From positions 1 through 58,814 of IMG/VR virus record IMGVR_UViG_3300011335_000231: 58,814 bases of DNA. The stretch is one strand, 5' to 3'. Below the pieces are notes generated by a model, which was not told the DNA's origin, searched no databases, and was given only the letters and a program-made list of their open reading frames with translations. A program made the translations under genes and the position numbers. Origin of the DNA: a virus. Lineage: Duplodnaviria > Caudoviricetes. Positions within the stretch are counted from its first letter, which is position 1, and every line of letters begins with the position of its first letter. Shown piece after piece: positions 16,131 through 26,169 of this stretch.

Positions 16131-16360
16131 AAGCTTCTCAGAAGTCTTTAAAAGATTGGACAGCCCAGAAGTGGACTACTAAGTCTGGTAAGCCCTCTTC
16201 TAAAACAGGAGAGAGATATCTGCCTGAAGCTGCCATTAAGTCTTTAAGCTCTGCTGAGTATGCAGCCACCACCAAAGCCAAGCGTGAAGGTACAAAAGCT
16301 GGTAAGCAGTTTGTTAAACAACCTAAAGACATTGCTAAGAAAGTGAGCAAGTTTAGATGA
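16127..16360 (+). CDS. Small basic protein (DUF5872 C-half-like)
   Basis: QKSLKDWT.QKW.T..ERYLP..A...LS. Confidence 0.8.
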   Translation: MKASQKSLKDWTAQKWTTKSGKPSSKTGERYLPEAAIKSLSSAEYAATTKAKREGTKAGKQFVKQPKDIAKKVSKFR

Positions 16361-16626
16361 TTAAAAAAGGCACTGAAGAGTTTTCAGGGTATAACAAGCC
16401 TAAGGCTACCCCTAAGCATCCTACGAAGAGTCATGCTGTGTTAGCTAAAGAGGGTGATACAGTGAAGCTCATTAGGTTTGGACAGCAGGGTGTTAGTGGT
16501 GCTGGAGCAAATCCAAGCACTCCTAAGGAGAAAGCTAGGCAGAAGAGTTTTAAAGCTAGACATGCTGAGAATATAGACAAGGGTAAGATGTCTGCTGCTT
16601 ATTGGGCAGACAAGGTTAAGTGGTAA
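16357..16626 (+). CDS. Small basic phage protein
   Basis: HPTKSH..IRFGQQG..SFKARH..SAAYWA..VKW. Confidence 0.8.
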   Translation: MIKKGTEEFSGYNKPKATPKHPTKSHAVLAKEGDTVKLIRFGQQGVSGAGANPSTPKEKARQKSFKARHAENIDKGKMSAAYWADKVKW

Positions 16627-16641
16627 CTAAAAGGAGAAACT

Positions 16642-17013
16642 ATGGCTACCGATGCAGAGAAAGTTAAGATGTACCGTGAGAAGGCTAAGGACACTTCCAT
16701 TCCTCAAGAGGTGCGTAACACCTATTTGGATAGGGCTAATGAACTAGAGCGTAAGGCTTATGAAGAGACAAGGAAGGCTCCTACTGCTCCTGAGACAAAG
16801 CTTGCTAAGGGTGGTATGGCTAAGAAGGCTCCTGCTGCTTCTAAGAAGCCTATGCTTGCCATTATGATTGGTGTTGGTAAAGCTCCTGCTAAAGATGCTT
16901 CTAAAAAGACTCCTGCTAAATATATGGAATTTTCCAACAAAGGAAAACCAAAAGGCATGGCTCCTGTTAAAGCTATGGCTAAAGGCGGTATGGCTAAGAA
17001 GGGTAAGTGCTAA
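16642..17013 (+). CDS. Lys/Ala-rich protein with two AKGG motifs
   Basis: AAGGAG SD. Confidence 0.8.
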   Translation: MATDAEKVKMYREKAKDTSIPQEVRNTYLDRANELERKAYEETRKAPTAPETKLAKGGMAKKAPAASKKPMLAIMIGVGKAPAKDASKKTPAKYMEFSNKGKPKGMAPVKAMAKGGMAKKGKC

Positions 17014-17411
17014 TGGCACTGGTTAAGAAGAGATGTCCTGCGGCAACGCAGGATGTTCACATTAATCTGAAGAACAGGAACATAGCTTTCAAAGAGTATG
17101 GTTATGGTCCTCCTAATCCCGAAGCTGAGAACAAAGAGTTTTGGGATGTTAAGATGAAGATGTATAACGCTTCATACGATGATATCAAAGATATGAAGTG
17201 TGGTAATTGTTCTGCCTTCATTCAAACAGATAGCATGATGGCTTGTATTATTGGTGGTCTGGAGAAGGATGAAGCTAAGAATGAATTGTCTTATGACGAA
17301 GAGTTTGTAGCTACTGCTGACTTAGGCTATTGTGACTTGTTTCAATTCACTTGTGCTGCTGCTCGAACATGCGATGCATGGAAGAGTGGTGGACCTATTA
17401 AAGGTAAATGA
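17013..17411 (+). CDS. Cys-rich protein with HiPIP-like spacing
   Basis: CGNC..GYC....C.....C..W. Confidence 0.75.
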   Translation: MALVKKRCPAATQDVHINLKNRNIAFKEYGYGPPNPEAENKEFWDVKMKMYNASYDDIKDMKCGNCSAFIQTDSMMACIIGGLEKDEAKNELSYDEEFVATADLGYCDLFQFTCAAARTCDAWKSGGPIKGK

Positions 17412-17569
17412 TGGCTACTAAAAAACAAACAGCTAAGATTGGTAAAGTGATGGGTGAGTTTAAAGACAAAGGTTTACACAGCGGTAAAGGTGGCCCAGTT
17501 GTTACATCTCCAAAGCAAGCCATTGCCATTGCTTTGTCTGAAGCAAAAGTGAAGCCTAAGAAGAAATGA
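17411..17569 (+). CDS. DUF6496-like small basic protein
   Basis: KVM.EFK...LHSG..G..V.S.KQAIAIALSEA. Confidence 0.8.
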   Translation: MATKKQTAKIGKVMGEFKDKGLHSGKGGPVVTSPKQAIAIALSEAKVKPKKK

Positions 17570-18807
17570 GCATTACCAGCTATCCAGAACTAGTACGCAT
17601 TGCTGGCAGTGGCAACACTGTTAGCATTGGTGGAACTAACACTGATGCCTTTGGAAGGATAAGAGTTAGTCAGCCTTATACATTGTTTGATAGTCACAAT
17701 AGATATAACAGTGATCCAAGCTTTAGTACATCTACTTCTGGTAGTGGGGCCATCACTCATCTTCCTAATGAGTCCACTGTAAATATGGCAGTGACTACAG
17801 CTTCAGGTGATGAAGTTGTTAGACAAACATTCAGAGTGTTTCCATATCAACCGGGTAAGAGTTTGTTGTTATTAACAACATTCAAGATGGATGCAGCCAA
17901 GACCAATCTAAGACAAAGGATTGGTTATTTTAATGCAGCTAATGGTGTGTATTTAGAACAAAATGCTAATGGTATTACATTTGTTCTAAGAACATCTACC
18001 AGTGGTTCTGTAAATAATTCTAGATTTGTAGCCAAAGCAGACTGGAATGGAGATAAACTAGATGGTACAGGTGCTAGTGGCATTACATTAGATCTGACTA
18101 AGACACAAATCTTGTTCATGGATTTTGAATGGCTTGGTGTTGGTAGTGTGAGATGTGGATTTGTTATTGATGGACAATTCATTATTGCTCATACATTCCA
18201 TAATGCCAATCAACAAACTGCTGTTTATATGACAACAGCTACACTGCCTATTAGATATGAAATTACTAATACAGGCACTGTAGCTTCTGCATCAGCAATG
18301 AAACAAATCTGTAGCACTATGATGTCTGAGGGTGGCTATGAAGCTGTCTCAGTTGAATATGCAGCTAGACGAACAAGTGTATTAGCAACCATTGGTAATA
18401 CATTCCTTCCTATGGTTTCTATTCGTTTGAATAGCAGTAGACTAGGTGCAGTGGTGTTGCCTAATAGGGTAGTAGTGTTACCAACAACAAATCAGAATTA
18501 TGAAGTGGCTTTGTTTAAGAATGCTACATTAACTGGTGCTTCTTATGTTACAGGTGCTTTTGAAAATGTAGACTACGATGTTTCTGCTACAGCAATCAGT
18601 GGTGGAACACTGGTACAGACAGACTTCATCACTTCTTCTGCACAGGGTAGAGCCATCCTTGCTGCACCAACTGGTTACAACTTTGATTTACAGCTTGGTG
18701 TTTCATTGGCAGGTGTCAGTGATGTATATACGATAGCAATAAGAACAGTGAGTGGTGCAACTACTGGTGATGCTTTTGCTTCTCTCACCTTCTACGACTT
18801 AACATGA
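17566..18807 (+). CDS. Putative virion structural protein (beta-rich)
   Basis: DAFGR.RVS.P, YQPGKS, WNGDKLDG, WLGVG; T/S/G-rich. Confidence 0.7.
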   Translation: MSITSYPELVRIAGSGNTVSIGGTNTDAFGRIRVSQPYTLFDSHNRYNSDPSFSTSTSGSGAITHLPNESTVNMAVTTASGDEVVRQTFRVFPYQPGKSLLLLTTFKMDAAKTNLRQRIGYFNAANGVYLEQNANGITFVLRTSTSGSVNNSRFVAKADWNGDKLDGTGASGITLDLTKTQILFMDFEWLGVGSVRCGFVIDGQFIIAHTFHNANQQTAVYMTTATLPIRYEITNTGTVASASAMKQICSTMMSEGGYEAVSVEYAARRTSVLATIGNTFLPMVSIRLNSSRLGAVVLPNRVVVLPTTNQNYEVALFKNATLTGASYVTGAFENVDYDVSATAISGGTLVQTDFITSSAQGRAILAAPTGYNFDLQLGVSLAGVSDVYTIAIRTVSGATTGDAFASLTFYDLT

Positions 18808-19139
18808 CAACAAAGAACAGAACTGTAGCTGCTGTATTAACAACCAGCAACCAAGACATCTACACAGCCCCTCCAACATTTAGAGCTGCTGTCGATAGCA
18901 TCTTTGTCACCAATGTAACCAGCAGTGCTGTAACCTTTTCTTTAGACTGGTACAGCCACATTAACACAACCTATTACACAATTGCTGAGTCTGTAAGACT
19001 AGAACCTAATAGCTTGTTACAAATTACAAATGCTTTCTATTTGTTACATGATGACAAGATTAGAGGACTATGCAGTGTAAACAGTGCGGTGGAAGTAAGC
19101 GTTAGAGTGTCTGAACAATTCACCACTTCAAATATATAA
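18804..19139 (+). CDS. Putative small structural protein
   Basis: Beta-rich, 111 aa; ATGA overlap. Confidence 0.7.
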   Translation: MTTKNRTVAAVLTTSNQDIYTAPPTFRAAVDSIFVTNVTSSAVTFSLDWYSHINTTYYTIAESVRLEPNSLLQITNAFYLLHDDKIRGLCSVNSAVEVSVRVSEQFTTSNI

Positions 19140-19148
19140 AGAAACATT

Positions 19149-19517
19149 ATGGCAAAAAGAGAACTAAGCGAACAACAGAAGAAATTCATTGAGGTGTTAT
19201 TTGCTGAGGCTGGAGGCAATCCAGCTAAGGCTAGGCAGCTTGCTGGCTATAGCGAAGGCTATGCTACCAAAGCTATCATGGACAACCTCAAAGAAGAAGT
19301 GATTGAAGCTACACAGCTATACATCGCCATGAACGCCCCTAGAGCAGCTATGGCTGTTGTTAGTGGCATTGCCGATCCCACAGAGCTAGGCTTGAAAGAG
19401 AAGCTCAATGCTGCTAAGGATTTGTTAGACAGGGCTGGCTTGGTGAAGACAGAGAAAGTTCAGGTGACAGCACCTAACGGCATCATGATTTTACCAGCTA
19501 AAGATAGCAGTGAGTGA
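19149..19517 (+). CDS. terS: Putative terminase small subunit
   Basis: LSEQQKKF...GN...A..AGYS HTH-like start; AAKDLLDRAG; upstream of terL. Confidence 0.7.
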   Translation: MAKRELSEQQKKFIEVLFAEAGGNPAKARQLAGYSEGYATKAIMDNLKEEVIEATQLYIAMNAPRAAMAVVSGIADPTELGLKEKLNAAKDLLDRAGLVKTEKVQVTAPNGIMILPAKDSSE

Positions 19518-19992
19518 GAGAGACTTAGGGGCTTGGATATTACCCCAACCGAAAGCAAAGGAAACATATGTACCTATTCCAAAAATTAGAAGAACAATAC
19601 CATTTGGTTACAGACAAGATGAAGAAAATCCTGACCTCCTGCAGCCAATACCTACAGAGCTTGAAGCGTTAGAACTAGCTAAGAAACATTTAAAACAATA
19701 CAGTTCTAGGCAGGTAGCAGCTTGGCTTACCACAACTACAGGTAGAACCATAAGCCATGTGGGATTGTTAAAAAGAATAAAGACTGAAAGAAAGCATGGA
19801 TTCAAATCCGCTACTTACCGCAACCTTGCCAGAAGGCTCAAAAAAGCCCTTGAGCAAGCGGAAAGGTACGAAGAGAAATCAAAGAGGCTCGGCAGGGAAG
19901 ACCAAACAGGATACTTCGAGTCAGAGCAGTACAGCAAGCTTACCCAATATATCGATAGCAAGCTCGGAGGAGACACAGCTACCGATAGCTGA
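19510..19992 (+). CDS. DNA-binding protein (PFGY / HTH-like)
   Basis: IPFGY..S.RQVA.WL...TGR.ISH.GL. Confidence 0.7.
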   Translation: MSERDLGAWILPQPKAKETYVPIPKIRRTIPFGYRQDEENPDLLQPIPTELEALELAKKHLKQYSSRQVAAWLTTTTGRTISHVGLLKRIKTERKHGFKSATYRNLARRLKKALEQAERYEEKSKRLGREDQTGYFESEQYSKLTQYIDSKLGGDTATDS

Positions 19993-21391
19993 TGACAGGG
20001 AAGTATTGTTTAAGCCCAATCCCGGGCCTCAAACATTCTTCTTAGCTTCATCAGAGAGGGAAGTATTATATGGTGGGGCTGCTGGTGGTGGTAAAAGCTA
20101 CGCTATGTTGGCAGATCCGCTTAGGTATATGGTACATCCACAGTTTTCTGGGCTTCTGTTACGACACACTACAGAGGAACTTCGAGAACTTATTTGGAAG
20201 AGTCAAGAGCTTTATCCAAAGATTTATCCCGGCATCAAGTGGAGTGAGAGAAAGATGCAATGGGAAGCACCGTCAGGGGCTAGACTGTGGATGTCTTACC
20301 TTGATAGAGATGAAGATGTATTGAGATATCAGGGTTTGGCGTTTAGCTGGATTGGTTTTGATGAGTTGACGCAGTGGCATACGCCATTTCCGTGGAACTA
20401 TATGCGTTCTCGCTTGCGTACAGCAGCATCAGACCTACCAATCTTCATGAGAGCTACAACAAATCCGGGTGGTCCGGGTCATGCTTGGGTGAAGAAGATG
20501 TTTATTGATCCTTCTCCAGCAGGTAAAGCCTTTGATGCAACAGATATTGAGAGTGGAACCACCTTAGTCTATCCCAAAGGACACAGTAAAGAGGGACAAG
20601 CACTGTTCAAACGTAGGTTTATCCCTGCTATGTTGACGGATAATCCCTATTTGATGCAAACGGGTGACTATGAAACCATGTTGTTGTCTCTTCCTGAGCA
20701 CCAACGCAAACAATTGCTTGAGGGAAACTGGGATATTGCTGAAGGTGCAGCCTTTACAGAGTTTAATAGGCAAATACATGTAGTGGAACCGTTCCACATA
20801 CCAAGTAATTGGACTAAATTTAGGGCTTGTGATTATGGATATGGTAGTTATAGTGCTGTTGTGTGGTTTGCTGTGTCTCCAAGTGAGCAATTGGTGGTCT
20901 ATCGTGAGCTATATGTTAGCAAAGTGCTTGCCAAAGACCTCGCTCACATGGTAATGAGGGCTGAAGAGAACGATGGTCCTATGAGATATGGTGTATTGGA
21001 CAGTAGTTGCTGGCATAAGCGTGGTGATACAGGTCCATCACTGGCAGAACAGATGATTGCAGAGGGTTGTAGGTGGAGGCCAGCGGATAGAAGTGCTGGA
21101 AGCAGGGTGTCTGGTAAGAATGAGCTGCATCGAAGGCTACAAATTGACCCCTTTACAGAACAGCCAAGACTAGTTATAACAAGCAACTGTGTGAATACGA
21201 TTGCTCAGCTTCCCATCATACCTTTGGACAAAAGAAACCCAGAGGACATTGATACTAAAGCTGAAGATCACTTATATGATGCTATTCGCTATGGTGTGAT
21301 GAGCAGACCTAGAAGCAGCTTGTTCGATTACAATCCATTAACCTCTGGTGGTAGTGGTATGAAGATGGCAGACCCCACATTTGGGTATTAA
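19796..21391 (+). CDS. terL: Terminase large subunit
   Basis: Walker A GGAAGGGKS, Walker B IGFDE, TNP, nuclease DYG and DH..DA.RY; exact start uncertain. Confidence 0.95.
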   Translation: MDSNPLLTATLPEGSKKPLSKRKGTKRNQRGSAGKTKQDTSSQSSTASLPNISIASSEETQLPIADDREVLFKPNPGPQTFFLASSEREVLYGGAAGGGKSYAMLADPLRYMVHPQFSGLLLRHTTEELRELIWKSQELYPKIYPGIKWSERKMQWEAPSGARLWMSYLDRDEDVLRYQGLAFSWIGFDELTQWHTPFPWNYMRSRLRTAASDLPIFMRATTNPGGPGHAWVKKMFIDPSPAGKAFDATDIESGTTLVYPKGHSKEGQALFKRRFIPAMLTDNPYLMQTGDYETMLLSLPEHQRKQLLEGNWDIAEGAAFTEFNRQIHVVEPFHIPSNWTKFRACDYGYGSYSAVVWFAVSPSEQLVVYRELYVSKVLAKDLAHMVMRAEENDGPMRYGVLDSSCWHKRGDTGPSLAEQMIAEGCRWRPADRSAGSRVSGKNELHRRLQIDPFTEQPRLVITSNCVNTIAQLPIIPLDKRNPEDIDTKAEDHLYDAIRYGVMSRPRSSLFDYNPLTSGGSGMKMADPTFGY

Positions 21392-21400
21392 AGGGTATTT

Positions 21401-23482
21401 ATGGCTACAAATAATTTCATGGATGACAAGTCCATTGGTTTAGGAGATGAAAAGAAGAATGAAACCACTCCTTTCAGGGGTGATAAGCTTTTAAATTTCT
21501 TAAATGAGAGATATACAAAGTCTGAAGAGAGCCGCAGACAGGATGAGCAGCGGTGGTTAAGAGCCTATCGAAACTATCGTGGCTTGTATGGACCTGATGT
21601 TAAATTTACAGAGACTGAGAAGTCTCGTGTGTTTGTTAAGGTGACAAAGACCAAGGTGCTTGCAGCATATGGCCAAATCACGGATGTGTTATTTGCTAAT
21701 AACAAGTTTCCTTTGAGTGTTGATCCCACTGTCTTACCAGATGGTGTAGTTGATTCAGTACATATTGATCCTAAAGCACCAGAAGAAGACATGGTTTCTC
21801 CTTTTGGTTATAAAGGTGATGGTAAAGACCTAGCACCGGGTGCTACACTTTCTTCTTTGATGGACAAGCTTGGCCCCTTGAAAGAACAGCTTGGTGGTCA
21901 AGAAGGTTTGAAGGAAGGTCCGGGAGTAACTCCTACTTCCATCACATTCCATCCTGCTATGGTGGCAGCTAAGAAGATGGAGAAGAAGATACATGACCAG
22001 TTAGACGAAAGTGGTGCTAATAAGCATCTTCGTTCTACTGCCTTTGAGATGGCTCTGTTTGGTACAGGCATCATGAAGGGTCCATTTGCTAAGACCAAAG
22101 AATATCCAAACTGGGATGAGGAGGGTTCTTATCAACCAGAGATGAAGACAGTACCAGAGACATCACATGTCTCCATCTGGAACTTCTATCCTGATCCTGA
22201 TGCCACTAACATGGAAGAAGCTCAATACATTATTGAGCGTCACAAGCTTAGTGCTACACAACTTAGAGCTTTGAAGAATCGTCCACATTTTAGAGCTAAT
22301 GTCATTGAAGAAGTTATTGAGGGTGGTGCTTCCTACATTAAGAAGTATTGGGAAGATGACTTAAGAGACTACACTCCTAATCTGGGAGTGGATAGATTTG
22401 AAGTATTAGAGCATTGGGGCAGCGTGTCCTTAGATTTGCTAGAAGAAAATGATATAGATATTCCAGAGGCTTTGTTGGAAGCTAAGGAGTTGCAAGCCAA
22501 TATTTGGTTCTGCAATGGTAAAGTGATTCGCTTTGTATTGAATCCGTTTAAGCCCGCCAACATTCCGTATTACGCTGCTCCTTGCGAATTAAACCCCTAC
22601 TCTCTATTTGGCATTGGTGTTGCCGAAAACATGGACGACACCCAGACCCTCATGAATGGTTTTATGCGTATGGCTGTAGATAATGCAGTGTTGTCGGGCA
22701 ACCTTGTATTTGAGGTTGATGAAACCAACCTTGTTCCCGGTCAGGACATGACAGTCTATCCGGGTAAAGTGTTTAGGAGACAGGGTGGTGCTCCGGGTCA
22801 GAGTTTGTTTGGAACACAGTTTCCTAATGTGGCTGCACAAAACTTACAACTGTTTGATAAAGCTAGACAGTTGTCAGATGAGTCAACAGGTATTCCTTCT
22901 TTCTCACATGGACAGACAGGTGTGAGTGGTGTAGGTAGAACAGCCTCTGGCATTTCTATGTTGATGAATGCTGCATCAGGCAGTGTTAAAACCATCATCA
23001 AGAATGTGGATGATTATTTGTTAGCTCCTTTGGGTAAGGCTTTCTTTAGCTTCAACATGCAGTTTGACTTTGACAGCTCTATCAAGGGCGACTTAGAAGT
23101 TACAGCTAAAGGTACAGAGAGCTTAATGGCTAATGAGGTGAGAAGCCAACGATTAATGCAGTTCTTGCAGATTGCAAGTTCTCCAGCATTAATGCCGTTT
23201 GCTAAGTTCCCTTACATCATTCGTGAAATTGCTAAGAGTATGGACTTAGATCCAGACAAGGTTACTAACAATATGGAAGAAGCAATGCGTCAAGCGTTGT
23301 TGATGCAGAAGGCTACGGCTCCTGCAGAGGGTGCTCCTCCTGTTGCTGGTCCTGAAGGTGGTCCTCCTCCAGTGGCTGATATGACTGGTGGTGGTGGTGG
23401 AAATATTGGCGTTGGTGCTGCACCAGTGCCGGGTGAACAAGGATTTGCTGGTAATGTCCAAGCTGTACCTCCCCAAGCTTAA
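21401..23482 (+). CDS. Portal protein
   Basis: 693 aa after terL; FGTG..K, NFYPDP, TASG.SML. Confidence 0.9.
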   Translation: MATNNFMDDKSIGLGDEKKNETTPFRGDKLLNFLNERYTKSEESRRQDEQRWLRAYRNYRGLYGPDVKFTETEKSRVFVKVTKTKVLAAYGQITDVLFANNKFPLSVDPTVLPDGVVDSVHIDPKAPEEDMVSPFGYKGDGKDLAPGATLSSLMDKLGPLKEQLGGQEGLKEGPGVTPTSITFHPAMVAAKKMEKKIHDQLDESGANKHLRSTAFEMALFGTGIMKGPFAKTKEYPNWDEEGSYQPEMKTVPETSHVSIWNFYPDPDATNMEEAQYIIERHKLSATQLRALKNRPHFRANVIEEVIEGGASYIKKYWEDDLRDYTPNLGVDRFEVLEHWGSVSLDLLEENDIDIPEALLEAKELQANIWFCNGKVIRFVLNPFKPANIPYYAAPCELNPYSLFGIGVAENMDDTQTLMNGFMRMAVDNAVLSGNLVFEVDETNLVPGQDMTVYPGKVFRRQGGAPGQSLFGTQFPNVAAQNLQLFDKARQLSDESTGIPSFSHGQTGVSGVGRTASGISMLMNAASGSVKTIIKNVDDYLLAPLGKAFFSFNMQFDFDSSIKGDLEVTAKGTESLMANEVRSQRLMQFLQIASSPALMPFAKFPYIIREIAKSMDLDPDKVTNNMEEAMRQALLMQKATAPAEGAPPVAGPEGGPPPVADMTGGGGGNIGVGAAPVPGEQGFAGNVQAVPPQA

Positions 23483-23663
23483 AGGCTTTGTAAATACTAA
23501 CGCTACATGGGAAGCGTTCTTAGAACTACTTGATGCTGAAATTTCTCAGCAACATAAAAACTTAGAACAAGCTACTGATGTTCGTGAAATTGGAAAGGCT
23601 CAAGGAGCCGTTGCTGCTTTACGCAGACTAAAACATCTAAAGGATGAAGTTAATGTACACTGA
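23454..23663 (+). CDS. Small helical protein downstream of portal
   Basis: AQG....LRRL..L motif typical of post-portal proteins. Confidence 0.75.
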   Translation: MSKLYLPKLKGFVNTNATWEAFLELLDAEISQQHKNLEQATDVREIGKAQGAVAALRRLKHLKDEVNVH

Positions 23664-25155
23664 TAACATGGCTAGATTGTTTGCTGAAGGCGGCATGAAT
23701 GATGAAGGTGGCACAGTAGATCCTGTGTCAGGTAATGATGTACCTCCCGGTTCTTTACAGAACGAAGTGAGAGATGACATTGATGCTAAGCTAAGCGAGG
23801 GTGAGTTTGTCATTCCTGCTGATGTTGTTAGATACATTGGTCTTGAGAGATTGATGAAGCTTCGTGATGAAGCTAAGCAAGGCTTATCTCGTATGGCAGA
23901 GATTGGTCAGATGGGTAATGCTGATCAAGTAGAAAATCCAGAAGCTCTGCATGAAGATGAAGAAGGCTTTGATTCTGAGATTGATGACATCATGAAAGAA
24001 GTTGATGGTGAGGCTATGGGTGAGCCTAAGTTTGCAGGCGGTGGTGTTGTTAATGTACCCGCTGCAGATAAAGACATCTTAGCTAAATACAACATTCAAA
24101 GAACAGCAATAACAAATCCAGCATTAGATGTTAGACTATTAAAGAATGCTGCTGGTGATTCTTTGTACATGACCTATTTCAATGGAATGCCCGGTGGTGC
24201 TATTCCTGAAGGCTATTCTGTAGTGGATGCAAATCCAGCTAGTAGAATGACTGGTACAGGTTTAACAAATACAAAAACTACAGGAAGCACTGTTAAACAA
24301 AATGTAGAGAGTGCTGCTAGTGTAGACTCTGGAAATCAAATAGTAACAAAGATTGATAACAACACTTTAGCAACAGACTTAGCTTTAGCCAATGTAGCTG
24401 TCACAGGCAAGGATGGTAAAGTTACTAAAGTGGGTGATAGTGAAACAACAACAGATGGAGGTTTAGGTGTCAATGCTTACGGTAGTAATATTACATCTGA
24501 TGCTGCAGGAGGTGTTAGTGCTGGTGGTGTTGGAGGTACTGCCTTTGGTAGCTTCACTTTAAATGCTGATGGTTCTGTAACTCCTAATAAAGTTAATAGT
24601 GGTTTAACTTTAGCTGCTGGTATTGCCAATCCCATTTTAGGAGCTGCTGCTAGACTTAATAATGCTTTTGCTACAAATGCTGCTGATAAATATAGAAGCA
24701 CTTTTGCTGATACTATGGGTGCTAACCTTGTTGCAGATCCTAATGCTGCCACTGCTGGTCCTACAGGAACTGGAAGAACTGCAGCACAAGCCGCTGCTGA
24801 TGCAGCCTATGCTGCTTCTACTATGGGACTAAGTGATGCTGCTGCTGGTGCAGCTAGTCAGGCTGCTGCTGATGCCATTACTAGAGGTAAGAATGCTGCT
24901 GATGCTGCTGAGGCAGGTAGGAGTGCTGCTGCTGAAATTGCTAAAGGTGAACAAAGCAGTACAGAAATATTAGGACAAGAAGAACTTCAAAGAGATACTA
25001 CTAAAGAGTTGGGCGGTTGGAATGAGCTTGATACTGGATTTAGTGGGGGCATGAGTGGTGGTGGAGGTAAATACTTTGATGACCAGAGTATGGCTACTAT
25101 GTCTATGGCTAAGGGTGGCTTAGTAACTAAAAGATCTAAGAAATCTAAAAAGTAA
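23653..25155 (+). CDS. Putative internal virion protein with AxGG motifs
   Basis: DDIDAKLSEGEFVIPADVV domain; FAEGG, FAGGG, MAKGG. Confidence 0.75.
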   Translation: MYTDNMARLFAEGGMNDEGGTVDPVSGNDVPPGSLQNEVRDDIDAKLSEGEFVIPADVVRYIGLERLMKLRDEAKQGLSRMAEIGQMGNADQVENPEALHEDEEGFDSEIDDIMKEVDGEAMGEPKFAGGGVVNVPAADKDILAKYNIQRTAITNPALDVRLLKNAAGDSLYMTYFNGMPGGAIPEGYSVVDANPASRMTGTGLTNTKTTGSTVKQNVESAASVDSGNQIVTKIDNNTLATDLALANVAVTGKDGKVTKVGDSETTTDGGLGVNAYGSNITSDAAGGVSAGGVGGTAFGSFTLNADGSVTPNKVNSGLTLAAGIANPILGAAARLNNAFATNAADKYRSTFADTMGANLVADPNAATAGPTGTGRTAAQAAADAAYAASTMGLSDAAAGAASQAAADAITRGKNAADAAEAGRSAAAEIAKGEQSSTEILGQEELQRDTTKELGGWNELDTGFSGGMSGGGGKYFDDQSMATMSMAKGGLVTKRSKKSKK

Positions 25156-25272
25156 TATATAATTAGCATACTCAAGCCAGAGGTGGGCTGGTGAGTATCC
25201 ATAATTTCCCACCATATGGCTACCTATCTCCCTGCTATGCAGCTACAGTTAGCCCCAACTTAAAGGTATGTT

Positions 25273-26133
25273 ATGACAGAAGCAGTAGTTAATCAGAATC
25301 AACAAGCTCAGGCTTTCTCTCCGTTTGGTAAGCGTAATGCTAACAAGGATCGGATTGAACAAGAAGAAGCTGAGTTGAAACAGTTGGCTGAAGATAAGAG
25401 CAGTCCTCAAGAACCACAAGACCCTGAGGATAACAACTTAAGCGCAGAAGAGAAAAGCTTTAAAAAGCGTTATGGAGATCTGCGTAGACATTCTCAGCAA
25501 CAGCAAGTAGGTTTGCAAAAGCAAATTGATGAGCTTCGCTCACAGCTACAGAGCAGCACAGAGAAACAAATTAAGCTGCCTAAGAGTGAAGAAGAATTGA
25601 ATGAGTGGGCTAAAGCCTATCCTGATGTTGCAAAGATTGTTGAAACCATTGCAATTAAAAAGGCTAAGGAACAAACCCAAGCATTGGATGAGCGATTCAA
25701 ACAACTAGATGAGCGTGAACATCAAACATCTAAGGACAAAGCAGAAGCTGAATTGATGCGTCTACATCCAGACTTTGACTCCATCCGTGATGATGATGAG
25801 TTTCATACTTGGGTTGATGAACAACCTAAGTGGGTACAAGATGCTTTGTATGATAATGAGAGCGATGCAAGGGCGGCTGCTCGTGCCATCGATCTTTACA
25901 AAGCTGATAAAGGTATTAAGACAAAGAAACAAAGCAAAGATAATGGTGCAGCAGAGAGTGTTAATACACGGGGAAGTCGTTCTGCACCCACAGGCGAGAG
26001 CAAAGATGGTGTCTTTTATGAGTCAGATGTAAATAAAATGACTACATTTCAATATGAAAAGAACCAAGAAGCTATTGCTAAAGCATTACAATCAGGTAAG
26101 TTTGTATACGATGTTAGCGGAAACGCACGTTAA
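25273..26133 (+). CDS. Capsid scaffolding protein
   Basis: Acidic coiled coil, FKKRYGDLRRH, HPDF; precedes the capsid gene. Confidence 0.8.
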   Translation: MTEAVVNQNQQAQAFSPFGKRNANKDRIEQEEAELKQLAEDKSSPQEPQDPEDNNLSAEEKSFKKRYGDLRRHSQQQQVGLQKQIDELRSQLQSSTEKQIKLPKSEEELNEWAKAYPDVAKIVETIAIKKAKEQTQALDERFKQLDEREHQTSKDKAEAELMRLHPDFDSIRDDDEFHTWVDEQPKWVQDALYDNESDARAAARAIDLYKADKGIKTKKQSKDNGAAESVNTRGSRSAPTGESKDGVFYESDVNKMTTFQYEKNQEAIAKALQSGKFVYDVSGNAR

Positions 26134-26136
26134 GTA

Positions 26137-26164
26137 TTGACAAATCTGAAACAACTGGTATAAC
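26137..26164 (+). promoter_or_regulatory. Promoter for the capsid gene
   Basis: TTGACA-16-TATAAC with TGn extended -10. Confidence 0.7.
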
Positions 26165-26169
26165 TTTAA

